A stretch of 64,000 nt of DNA from Camelus ferus (Eukaryota), in the NCBI RefSeq assembly GCF_009834535.1, contig NC_045697.1:32428001-32492000 (forward strand). Reading direction: 5' to 3'. The position numbers and the translations under genes were made by a program. Shown here piece after piece: positions 52,782 to 64,000 of this stretch (position 1 is the first letter of the stretch; each line of letters starts with the position of its first letter). The notes under the pieces were generated by a model, which was given only the letters and a program-made list of their open reading frames with translations, had not been told where the DNA came from and did no database searches.

Positions 52782-55700
52782 GTTTGCTAGTATTTTGTTG
52801 AGAATTTTTGAATTTATATGTATAGTGGATTTTGGTCTGACGTTTTCATTTATTGTCTTGTGTTTGTTTGATTTTTGTAATGGTGGTCTTATAGAATGAG
52901 CTGGATAGTGTTTATTCTTCTTCAAATTGTTTTTTGAGGGAGAGTTTATGAAGGGTTGGTATTAATTCCTTAAATATTAGGTAGAATTCAACAGGGAAGC
53001 CATTTGATCTTGGACTTTTCTTTTGGGTAGTTTTTTAATTGTTAGGTTCAATTTCTCTACTTTTTATGAAACTATTAAGTTTACTATTCTCCTTGAGTAA
53101 AGTTATAGTAGTTTGTATATTTACAAAAGCCTACCCATTTCATCTAGGTTATCTACTTTGTTGGCATGTAATCTTTCATAACACTGACTTCTAAACCTTT
53201 TTTTTCCTTTAAGATTTTAGTAATAATCCTGGATTTTTGAAAAAATTATTTTTGCTTTTAGCAATTTGAGTCTGTTCTTCTTGGTCAGACTAGCTAAAGG
53301 TTGAATGTAGTAGATCTTTTTGATAAACCAACTTGTAATTTCACTGTTTATCTCTGATGTATTTTCTATTTCTTCTGTGTTCATTGTAATATTCATTATG
53401 TCTTTACATTTGCTTTCTTTGGGTTGAATGTTCTCTTCTACTTTCTTAAGGAATAGGTTAGGATATTGTTGTAATACTTTATACATCTTTAAATATAAGC
53501 ATTTTGGCTATGAATGTCCCCTAGCCACTGCCTTACCTGAATCTCATACATTTTGGTTGTTTGTTTTATTGTTTGTTTGTTTTCATTCATCTCAAAGTAT
53601 TCTATAATTTCCCTTGTGATTTCTTGCTTGACTCATTTATTGAGGAAAGTTTTCAATTTCTACATATTTGTCAATTTATCAAATTTCCCTCTTATTATTT
53701 CTAATTTGGCTATAGAATATACTTTATATGATTTACGTTCTTTTAAATTTATGGAGACTTTTTTATGGCCTCACATATGTGGTCTACCCTGGAGACTGTT
53801 CCATGTGCACTTGAGAATAATTTGTACTTTGCTGTTGTTGAGTGGAATGCTCTACACATGTCTATTAGGTTTAGTTGGATTTCATGTTAAGTCTTCTATT
53901 ATCTTGCTGGTCTTCTGCCTAGTTATTTTATCCTTATTGAAAATGGTATATTGTGGTCTCCAACTATCATTTTTGAATGATTTACTTCTCTCTTCAATTC
54001 TGTTTTTGCTTTATATATTTTGGAGCTGTAGTCATAGACGTGTGTGTCTGTGTTTACCTATATCTATATCTATGCACCCATACACACACACACACACACT
54101 CATATATATATATATATGTTTATAATTGTTATATCCTTTTGATCGGCTGAACTTTTTCATTATGAAATATTAAACTTCTTCATTATGAAATATCCTTTTC
54201 TCTGATAACAATTTTTATCTTAAAGTCTACTTGTCTGATATTATTGTAGGCATTTCAGTTCTCTTTTGGTTACTGTTTGCATGATATATGATTTTCTGCC
54301 CTTTTACTTTCAAAGTAGTGTGTTATGTAAGTCAAGTATGTATTGTAGACAAAATATAGTTAGGACAGTGTATTTTTAAATTTACTATCTCTGCCTTTTA
54401 ATTCTAGAGTTTAATCCATTTACATAAGGTAGGTTTTACATCTGCCATTTAACCATAGGGTTTTTTAAGGCTTTATTTTGTAAGAGCAGTTTTAGGTTTA
54501 CAATAAATTTAGAGGCAGGTGCAGAGAGTTTTCCAAATTAACCCTGCCCCCCTATATGCATAGCCTCCCCTGTTATTAACATCACTCACAGAATGTTACA
54601 TGATTTACCAAGGATGAACCTACGTTGACACATCATAATCACCCCAAATGTATAGTTTACCTAAATGTTTGTTCATGGTGTTGTGCATTCTATAGGTCTG
54701 AAAAAAGGATAATGACATGTACTCATTACAGTGACATATAAAGTATTTTTACTGCCTTAAAGATCCTCTGTTCTCTGCCTATTCATATCTCCGCCCTCTC
54801 TCACCTCTTGCTATCAACAATGTTTTTATTGTCTCCATAGTTTTGCCATTACCAAAATAACACATCATTGGAATCATACAGTATGTAGATTTTATAGATT
54901 GAGTTCTTTCATTTAATAGTATGCATTTAAGATTCCTCCATGTCTTTTCATGGCTTGATAGCTCATTTATTTTTAGCAGTAAATAATATTCCATTATCTG
55001 CATGTACCACAGTTAATTTATCCATTCACCTACAGAAGGATATCTTGATTGCTTCCTAATTTGGCAGTTATGAATATAGCATCTATAAATGTGTATGTAC
55101 AGGTTTTTGTGCAAATATAAGTTTTCAACTTCTTTGGGTAAATATCAAGGAACACAATTCCTGGATTGTATAAGAAGAATATATTTAGTTTTATAAATAA
55201 AAGCCAAATTGTCTTCTGAAATGGCTACACCTTTTTTTTTTTTTTTTTTTTTCTCCAAGTAAAGTATGAGAGTTCCTGTTGTCCATATACTCACCAACAT
55301 TTAGTGTTATCAGTGTTCCAGATTTTGGCCGTTCTAATATGTGTGTAGTGGTATCTCATTTTAATTTGCATTTCTCTGATGACATATGATGTGGAACCTA
55401 TATTTTATGTGCTATTTGTTATCTGTATATTTTCTTTGGTGAAGTGTCTGTTAAGGCCCTTTATTTAATCTGATTGTTTTCTTATTGATTTCTTATATTT
55501 CTTTATATATTTTGAGTAACAGTCCTTAATCAGATGTGTCTTTTGCAAATATTTTCTCCCAGCCTGTGGCTTGTCTTCTAATCTCTTGACATTGTCTTTC
55601 ACAGAGTAGAACTTTTTAATTTTAATAAGATCTATCATATCAGTGACTTCTTTAATAGATCATGTATTTGAAGTTGTATCTAAAAGGGCATCACCATACC

Positions 55701-56036
55701 TATGTTATCTCCTAGGATATTTATAGTGTTGAATTTTCCATGCAGGTCTATCATGCATTTGAGTTACTATTTGTGAAGGATGTAATGTCTGTGTCTAGAT
55801 TTATATATATAGTTTTGGCATGTGGATATCCAGTTGTAACAGCACCATTGTTGGAGAGACTATCTTTGCTCCATTGTATGGCCTTTGCTCATTTGTTAAA
55901 GATCAGTCAACTGTATTTATGGGGGTGTATTTCTGAGCTTTCTGTTCTGTTTTATTGATGTGTTTGTTTATTAACCAATACCATACTATCTTGGTAACTA
56001 TACTATCTTGGTAATTATAGCTTTATTGTAAGTCTT

Positions 56037-56175
56037 TTTATTAATTATTGTATTATTTATTTTATTTTGGTTGGCAGGACGTAATTTATTTTTAGAGGCA
56101 GTACTGGGGATTGAACTCAGGACCTCATCAGTGCTAAGCATGAGCTCTACCACTTGAGCTATCCCCTCCTCCCAA
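56037..56175 (-). mobile_element. tRNA-derived camelid SINE (Vic-1-like)
   Basis: Antisense A/B boxes 'ggggattgaactc', 'ctctaccacttgagcta'; perfect 16-bp TSD ctttattgtaagtctt at 56021-56036 and 56176-56191. Confidence 0.92.
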
Positions 56176-57030
56176 CTTTATTGTAAGTCTTAAAGTTGGG
56201 TAGTGTCATTTCCCCAAATTTGATCTTGTTCTTCAATATTGTGTTGCCAATTCTGATTCTCTTGCTTCTCCATGTAAACTATAGAATCAATTTGAAAATT
56301 GAACTGATTTATTTTCATAAAATAACTATGCTGGGATTTAGATTGGGATTGCATTGAGTCTATAGACCAAGTTGGGAAGAAGTGACATCTTGACAATGTT
56401 GAGTCTTTCTATGAATATGGGCTATTTCTCCATTTATTTAGTTCTTCTTTGATTTTATTCATCAGAGTTTTGCAGTTTTCCTCATATAGGTCTTATGGAT
56501 ATTTTGTTAGATTTATACCTAAGTATTTCATTTGTGAGGGTGCTAATATAAGTGATACTGTGTTTTTTTGTTTCAAATTCTACTTCTTCATTGTTTCTAG
56601 CTGGAAAAGTGACTGGCTTTTGTATATTAAACTTTTATCCTGCTTGCAATAATTAGTTGAAGGAGTTTTTTTTTTTTTGGCAATTCTTTTTAATATTCTA
56701 TGTAGACCTTCATGCTATCTGCACACAAAGATAGTTTTATGACTTCCATCCTAATCTGGAGATCTTTTATTTTATTTTGTTGCCTATTGCATTAGTAAGT
56801 ACTTCTAATAAGATGTTTAAAAGGAGTGGTAAGAAAGAATGTCTTTGCTTGGTACCTGATCTTAATGGAAAAGCTTCTAGTCTCTCACCATTAAGGATGA
56901 TGTTAACCATAGTTTTTTTTTGTGGATAGTCTTTATCAAGTTGGGGAAGTTTCCCTCTAATCCTACTTCCTGAGAGGTTTTATTTTTAAATGGGTGTTAA
57001 ATTTTGTTCAATGGTTTTTCTGCATTTATT

Positions 57031-57204
57031 TATTTTTTTTCCTTTGGGACACAACAGGGAGAAGGACACATATAGACTGAGAGTGAAAGGATGGAAAAGG
57101 GTATTCCATGCAAATGGAAAAGCCAAAAAAGCAGGTGTAGCAGTACTGATTTCGGACAAAATAGACTTTAAAATAAAGGCCATAAAGAAAGATAAAGCAG
57201 GATA
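57031..57204. mobile_element. TSD-flanked insertion of an intact L1 ORF2 endonuclease fragment
   Basis: + strand encodes REKDTYRLRVKGWKRVFHANGKAKKAGVAVLISDKIDFKIKAIKKDKAG; T-rich tract at the left end; perfect 16-bp TSD tttttctgcatttatt at 57015-57030 and 57205-57220. Confidence 0.9.
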
Positions 57205-58929
57205 TTTTTCTGCATTTATTGATATGATTATTTTATTTTTTTTTTAGTCTGTTAATCTGATGGATTAATTAATTTTCAAATATCGAACCATCCTTTTAAA
57301 TCTGGGATAAATCCCATCTGGTTATGGTGTATAATTCTTTTTATACATTGCTGGAAATATTTACTTTTTAATAATCTATTATATTTGCATGTTGGATGAT
57401 TACTATCTTATATCCATGACCAGAATGTCTTTTTTAAGACTATATAATGGCAGCCAAACCCATTGTCACTTCAATTTTAATTTTGTCCTTTTCCTTTAAT
57501 TTTATACTTCTGTGATTCATGCCTTGTTCAATGTAATATCCTGTCTTCTTATTTGGTTCCTTTTTTGTGCACATAGAAACACCTGTTGGTCACACATAGC
57601 TCTATGGTCTGTCTTATTCCCATAGATTGTAGTTTTCAAAGAGACACAGATGCCTATCCTTAGCCTGAACATAAATGAAACAGCTCCATTTCAAACAACA
57701 TGAAATGTGGAGGGTTTCAAAAATTATATCTACATTCAAAATTGGCAAAATTATTTTAGTGTACTCTTTTCAAGTAATGTAAAATAAACTTCTGAATTAA
57801 AGTATTATTATATGATCATGAAAATACTGAAGAAAAAGAAAAGAATTTCATTTAAAGTGGACACATGCAGAATTTTTTACTTGGAAAATTCATAAATATA
57901 CTTAAGAAATAGACTCCTAACATGGAAATACATAAATTCCATTTATATGTAATTATATATATATACACACAATTATTCCAGGAAAATAGGTACTGTGTCC
58001 CGTCAATTATTGGTTGATTTCAGCTTACTTCTCTTTCTAATTCTAGAAAGAGATTTCCACTCTGAGTGTAGTGTTCAGTGAATTCATAATTGCACAGTTG
58101 ACCTCTTGGGTTCATGTTCTTGAACATGTGTCAGTGTAGGCTGGAATAATAAGTGCCTGCATTAATGCTCTTCATCTCTTCCTTAATGTGATTTAAATGC
58201 ATTCTGTTTATATTGGAATAAAAACATGTCACTCGCTATTGAGTATGTCATTCTGAAAATGTAGCCTGGGTTATAATTCATTTTCAGGTGAACGCAATTC
58301 CAGCTCTTCTGAGCACAGAGAGGCAGCTTGTCCTCTTGTAACCATGGAGACCTATCACGGGTTTAGGACTTTAACTTGTGTGCTCTGTAGCAGAAGAAAA
58401 TAGCTCTGGGAAGATCACAGAAGCCACGGTTGGGCCTGTAGGGAGGGAAGTGTTAGACACGCACACTCAAGGAATTACAGATTCACACACTTTAGATTTA
58501 GTTCTGGCATTTGGTGCTTTAGGTCAACTCTATTCAAAATTAGCCAAAAAAAAAAAAAAAAAAAAAGAAAGCAAAAGAAAGCAAATTGAACAGTTACAGC
58601 ATTATTCAAGTAAGTACATTTTAAAAGAGAGTTGATTTCTTTCCTAAGACTATCTGCAAACTGATAATCTTCACACCAATTTTATTTTTTAAAATATTTT
58701 AAAATAAAGTCCTTTCCCTGTGATACAAGTCACCATATGATTTCACTACTGCCACCATTTCTCCTTCCCTATGTCTTTTTACCTTACATCTGCTCTTGCC
58801 TCTGCTTACATTGCTTTTTGACCAGTTATTTACATTTCATCTCCCCTCTGCTCCCATCAATCTTTGTCATATATATATACACATGTGTATATAAATACAG
58901 ATATATAGATATAGATGCTGATTATCTGA

Positions 58930-59080
58930 CCTCCCAATTCCTACCATTTGCCTAGAATGTAAGCTTCTAAGGGAAAAAATACCTTGTCTGTTTTACTCAC
59001 TACCTTATCTTTAGCACTTAGAACAATGCTTGTCATACAGTAGATGCTCATAGATATATGTTGACTAAATGGATGAAAGA
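58930..59080 (+). mobile_element. L2 3' end
   Basis: 'ctagaatgtaagcttc...ccttgtctgttttactcact...tagcacttagaacaatgcttgtcatacagtagatgctca'. Confidence 0.75.
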
Positions 59081-59659
59081 ATGTAATGTCTCCATTGACC
59101 TTTGATTGTAATTGCAATACTGTGCAGTCAGGTTAAAGTGAAATCCATCGGTTTCCCAAGAGTTTTCAAACAGGGTGTTGTTAGGAAAACAAAAATGATG
59201 GTAAAAATTATTTTGTGATATCATAACAACTTTGAATTGTAAAATTGGGATAGATAAGCCAACCCTCCAAAATAATTTGCTAGATGGAAGACTACTCTCC
59301 AGTAAGCAAATAAATAAACCTGACATTAATTATGCCAGATCTTTTAAAATTATAATGAAAATATGATAAATTCCAGCATTTTAAAATACCTGCAACAGAG
59401 AACATAATTTTATGTTTGTGGATAGCTCAACCTAATCCAACTGCTCTTCTCTCTTTTTCAACTTTAGCTTCCGAAGGATTTTAGTGTTTCTCTTACAGTC
59501 ACAGACGTTAACTCAAATATTCAGTCTTACAATTTCGATGACTTCTCTTTACTTAATCCTTCTTCCCGATTAAATTGGCGATCGAATCATACATGTCTCA
59601 GTTTGTGGCAGAAATTACTAATTACACAACCTGATGCCACTAAAAAACCCAATTTTAGT

Positions 59660-60086
59660 TTCTGCCTGCATTAACAGGACTATATTTCCAGCTTTCCCTG
59701 CAGCAAAGCATGGCCACATGGCCAAGTTCACACCTGAGGAGGTGTCACTGAAAGTTCTGGGTGCCTCTGGGAAGCTTGCTTGAAAGGAGCTGACTCAGAG
59801 GAAAGGACATCCTTTTTGTAATTCTGCTTTCTTCCCCAGGCCTTCAGTGAGGATGTTATGATGGAGACCCAGTCACCATCTTGGGGAAAATGAAGACAGG
59901 AGCCAATAAGAATGGTAGTACGAAAACTCAGGGTCCTCTGAAGACTCCTGGAAGTTACTGTATTAGTTCCTGGGTGTTACTAATGTTCTTCTTTTAAATG
60001 AGAGACAGATGAACTTCTGTCATGGGTAAGCCACCCTTATTTTAGATTCTGGTTACACTAATTCAATTCCAATCCTTACTGACACA
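59660..60086 (+). mobile_element. Old MaLR LTR (MLT1I/J-like)
   Basis: 'tatatttccagctttccctgcagc...tggccacatggccaagttc...taagccacc...aatccttactgacaca'. Confidence 0.6.
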
Positions 60087-61312
60087 CACCTCACAAATGA
60101 TTCTCTTCATTCTATTGCCATCTTGCCACTGGACAATCATAATAGTTTTCTAGTTTGTCTCCGCATTCATTCAGTTCTTCCTATACATACTGCAAAATGA
60201 TTTTTCTCAATCTTGATCAGTGCTTTCAGCTCAAAAGCCTTCAATAGCTTACTTTTGCCAACATAGTAACAATCTGCCTTCCTTTGACACTTAGTATTTT
60301 CTGTATTGTTGAATCAACCTATCTTGCACACCTTCGCTTTCTCCATTCCTGCCATTTGCCCTGCATTCTAACCACAATGAACTATGTCTTTATTCCACCT
60401 GATAGTCTATCACCTGACAACAGCTGCCATATCCAGAGCCAAGTCTTGACATGCCCATGCTTTCCTCTGTTTCTTTTTATTTCTCCTGTAGTACTTATCA
60501 CATCCTAGCTAATATTTTGATTATTTGTGTAAATTTTTTGAGTGTAGTGGTTCTATTTTATTTAGTTTTGAATATGCCACGGTGCTCAAGAAGTAATTAT
60601 TCAATAAATAGATGAATGGACCAATAGATGGATACTGACCATGTTTCTTTTCCAGTTCCTCACTTCATTTCACACCCTGATTCCAACACTGGCAAATCTG
60701 TTCTACTTGGAACTATGGTAGAATCTTTATTCTTTTCTCATTAGTTGCCTTGACTCTATTTCACTGTGATTCCTAAATGATTTTCTGAGATAAAGAGCAG
60801 TTGAGCGTTCATGAAGTACACTTTTCTTCTCTCAGTGGAAAACCCCATTACACTGAAAAGAATGTATGCTCATACATGCTGTGTACTTGTTTCTGTTGAA
60901 AGAACGAGGAAGTGGTGGGAAGACTAAGAAAATTGAGATGTGTACGTGATTTTCCAAAGACCATTATGGATTCTTTGTACTTTTGATGTGTTACTTAGAA
61001 GAAAAAGGTTTTTTAGTTCTTTCCTTGAATAAGAAATAGGGCATTTCTTCAGCTTATTGAATCCTTTGTTTCTCCCTCTTGCATAGTTATATCCTATGAT
61101 TTATCTGTAACCTTAATATTTATAGCAACTAGTACTTACATGACACAATTCAGACACTCAGAAGTACCCAGGCTCATGTGGTCTTCAGAATAATCTGATG
61201 AGGCAGAGGAGGAAATTTATATACAAACTTATAAAAGAGGAAACTAAAGGTCTGAGAGGTTCTAATACATCTTGAGTCACATACATACAAGTGACAAAGG
61301 ACTCAGGTGTTT

Positions 61313-61460
61313 TTGGTTTTATTTTCTTTTGTTTTCTTTTGTTTGTTTGGGGGTAAGGTAATTAGGTTTATTTATGTATTTAGTGAATGCACTGGGGATT
61401 GAACCCAGGACCTCATGCATGCTAAGTATGCACTCTACCACTGGAGCTACACCCTCTCTC
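61313..61460 (-). mobile_element. tRNA-derived camelid SINE (Vic-1-like)
   Basis: 'ctggggattgaacccaggacctcatgcatgctaagtatgcactctaccactggagcta'; 15-bp TSD aggact(ca/tg)ggtgttt at 61298-61312 and 61461-61475. Confidence 0.92.
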
Positions 61461-61669
61461 AGGACTTGGGTGTTTGATTTCTAGTGGAAAGTCCTCCTTT
61501 GCATTTCTACTTTCTTATTCAGGTCTACAGTGAAGCCATTCTTTCTTTTTCACTTTCAAAAGAAGTGGTCATGTAACCGAGATTAAATTGATCAGACTTA
61601 TGCATATCAACTGTATCTCTTTATACTTACAACAATAAACAAAGAAAATGTCTTGCTTTTTCTTTTCAA

Positions 61670-62635
61670 ACCTACCTTTTCTCACCACTTTCTATCCCCT
61701 GCCAGCTCTCACCCTGGCTGCAGGCACCATGGTGTCTCCCGTCAATCACTGTGAAAGCTGCTTTGCACTCCTCCCTGTTTCTGCCCTTGCCCTACCACAG
61801 TCCACTCGCTAAGCATCAGTGATCATTATAAATAAGTTATTATAAAAGTAGAGTATTTTAAATTTATTCTCTAGTCAGAGTGATCATTTTAAATAAGTCA
61901 GGTCATGTCATTCCTCTGGTTAAATCTCCAAGGTTTTGGGGTGCCAGACAAAATGCAGAACAGTTAACTTTGAGTTTAAGGTAAACAACACATCATATTT
62001 TAGACATAGGTTTGTCCCAAATATTGTATGTAGCAAGCTTATAATAAAATTATTTGGGTAGTTTTTTAGTATAAATATGTCCCAAATATTGCATAGGACA
62101 TGCTTATACTAAAATATATATTCACTGTTTATCTAAGATTGATATTTAAATGGGTGTTTGTCTGTTTATTTGCTACATCTGGCAATTCCACATGGGTTCC
62201 CATTCTCTGAGAATATAAGCAGACTTCTTATTACATATGGTCTACGAGCCATGGGGGAGGCCTCCCTGATCTCCCTGACTTTGCCTCTTATTACTCTCGC
62301 CTTCACTCTGCTTAGTGTTTCCTAACAGGGCAGACACTTCTGCTCTAGAGCAGTTGTTATGACTAATCTTTCTGCCTAGAAGCTACCCATGTCACCCTAT
62401 TTAATATGCAAACCGTCCTCCCCAAAGCATTCCTGATCCCCCTTACTCTTTTTCTGTAGGGCTCATCTCCTTCTAGCGTCTACCTTTATTGGGTTTATTG
62501 TTTATTGTCTCCTTTTCCTCGCTTGAAAGAGAGCTTTATGACTGCAGGGATCTCCGTTCACCACTGTGCTCCAACCATCTAAAAGGTGCCTGGCACATAG
62601 AAGGCACTCAGTTACTATATGCTGAATGAATTACT
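61670..62635 (+). mobile_element. L2 3' portion interrupted by MER53
   Basis: 'gtcaggtcatgtcattcctctggttaaatctcca' ... 'gtgcctggcacatagaaggcactcagttactatatgctgaatgaat'. Confidence 0.7.
61937..62190. mobile_element. MER53 palindromic hAT MITE with duplicated core
   Basis: Terminal inverted repeats 'tgccaga...tctggca'; core 'ttttagtataaatatgtcccaaatattgcataggacatgcttatactaaaa'. Confidence 0.85.
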
Positions 62636-64000
62636 AATAAAATATAAGGATGCAAGAAATGCAAATCAAAAATTGAAGAGCAACCTCGAATGCAATAGGG
62701 AGATGATAGAATGTAGGTACTTATGGATCAAAAATAAAAGCTAAAACATCACATTCCATTTACAGCCTATTTATAAACTTATTTGTGAGAAGATATGTTC
62801 TTATGTAAGATAAATGCAGACCAAAATTTTTTCCATCAAATGTGATAAATACTAGTCTGGATACTGCTGTTGCCTAAGTGCATCATACTTTTGTTACAGG
62901 TTATTTTCTGTTGGCTTTTTAGAACTGAAGTGTTTCTGTATGGCTCTATTGATGTCAGTAAAATAACAAAAATGTTCAAATGAAGACAAGAGAACAATGG
63001 ACTTGACATTTCCACTGTAACCTCCTATTTACAAGGGTCAACATTATCTTTCTGGGCAAGCATAGCAGAACAGTCTGTACTAAATGTTGCAGCTTTCAGA
63101 AAGCCCACTCTGTGCTCAACTATATTCGTACCCAGTAAAATGTTATCTCATTCATGTCCTAGATTTTAGGTTTCAGTCCTAAAGATTAGACAAGTTTCTT
63201 TGAAAAGCTTGCAAAGGAAGTTAAAGTTTCCGTAGTGTTGATGAAGCCAAGAGGGAAAGAAAAAATATGTAACTGATCTGTTTCTTACAGAATGAGGATA
63301 GGTTGTTAGCATCACTTAGACACAAAACCGACTATACCTTTATCAAAAGTCATCCCACTATTAGGGGAAACTGAGGTGTTCAAAAATAACCATTGTACAT
63401 CCTGTATCAGTTCCTTCTTGTAATTATCAGATGTAAAATTATAGGCCATAACTAATGCAAATATGTTGATACGCAAAATAGATTGATGAAACAAGGCCGG
63501 ATGAGAGAATGGAAGCAGAATGTTTAAGTGGAAACACGAGTGTTTTCTAAACTTGTGACATTTTCTTTTACTTTTGTAGTTAAAATTGTAAAGTAATGTA
63601 AAGTGAGAGCTGGGGGAGAATGCGACAGGGGCTGTGGTACGTGGCCATTAGAGCTCAAAGACTTGTCTGGCATGAGGCAAGGGTGAACTTCCCTAGAAAG
63701 AATCCTAGACTTGTTGATCTTCTTGAACAAGGCAATGGCTGGCCAGCTTCAGAGACGGTGGGGAAGGAAAATAACTTTCCAACCTGACCAACTGATAAAG
63801 GCCTTTTATTTCTCTTCTAGAAGGAACACAAATGATGTTTTCCAGCTCTATAAAGTTCAAGTTACAGTGATTTTCACTTAAAACTTTTATTAAAAGACTC
63901 AGAATTAGCAACATTGGCTGAATTTGAATTACTGAAAGGGAATGAATGACATAAGAATCTTAAATAATATAAAATCATGGTTATGATACATATCTAAATC

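Larger units (their letters stand above)
43850..54455 (-). mobile_element. Old L1 (L1MB-like), split by a full-length L1 and an MLT1 LTR
   Basis: 3'UTR at 43850-44770 breaks at 'gttgtctttttacttt' and resumes near 50990 'tttcacttacagtatcttttgaaacaca'; RT-like peptide in ORF 52127-52345 (HDQVELIPGIQGCLNI). Confidence 0.8.
54460..57355 (-). mobile_element. 5'-truncated L1MC1-like LINE-1
   Basis: 3' end 'ctttattttgtaagagcagttttaggtttaca', 'cttttcatggcttgatagctcattt', then decayed ORF2 text to about 57355. Confidence 0.8.

Noticed and set aside
53553..54125. Longest ORF (190 aa, hydrophobic) as a membrane protein
   Set aside because: It is the antisense reading of A-rich L1 ORF2 plus a CA/TA repeat; T-rich codons explain the hydrophobicity.
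55983..56014. Short tandem duplication atactatcttggtaa x2 (similar one at ~54150-54193)
   Set aside because: Ordinary slippage duplications within decayed L1.
58546..58585. Poly(A) tract as the tail of a processed pseudogene
   Set aside because: No upstream AATAAA, no TSD found and no recognisable coding sequence.
63312..63914. Three adjacent minus-strand ORFs as a fragmented pseudogene
   Set aside because: No recognisable protein similarity or coding-like composition; cannot be supported without a translated search.
1..64000. ORF track entries as host protein-coding genes
   Set aside because: They are short, often start at non-ATG codons and mostly lie in repeats; the only recognisable peptides are L1 ORF1p/ORF2p fragments.

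Overview
AT-rich, repeat-dominated mammalian genomic DNA, most likely camelid, inferred from three tRNA-derived Vic-1-type SINEs alongside young L1 3' ends with intact target-site duplications (TSDs). I recognise no protein-coding gene: the only ORFs resembling known proteins are decayed LINE-1 ORF1p/ORF2p fragments. The window is intergenic or intronic; most long L1s lie on the minus strand, weakly suggesting a + strand host transcript. It holds a ~13.5 kb nested L1 cluster (43.85-57.35 kb) including a full-length L1, an internally deleted HAL1-like L1, solo LTRs (MER21-like, ERV1, several MaLR MLT1), hAT DNA transposons (MER5, MER20, MER53, Arthur1-like) and old L2/MIR fragments. I found no convincing new biological system. 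The best leads are insertion and repair scars (a 39-bp templated copy inside an LTR, a TSD-flanked L1 endonuclease fragment antisense to its own tail, a 5'-inverted L1), a MER53 hairpin carrying a miR-1302-like arm, an AP-1/ARE/TEAD motif cluster and two candidate exons. Repeat family names come from memory of consensus sequences, not a database search; boundaries without TSDs are approximate.
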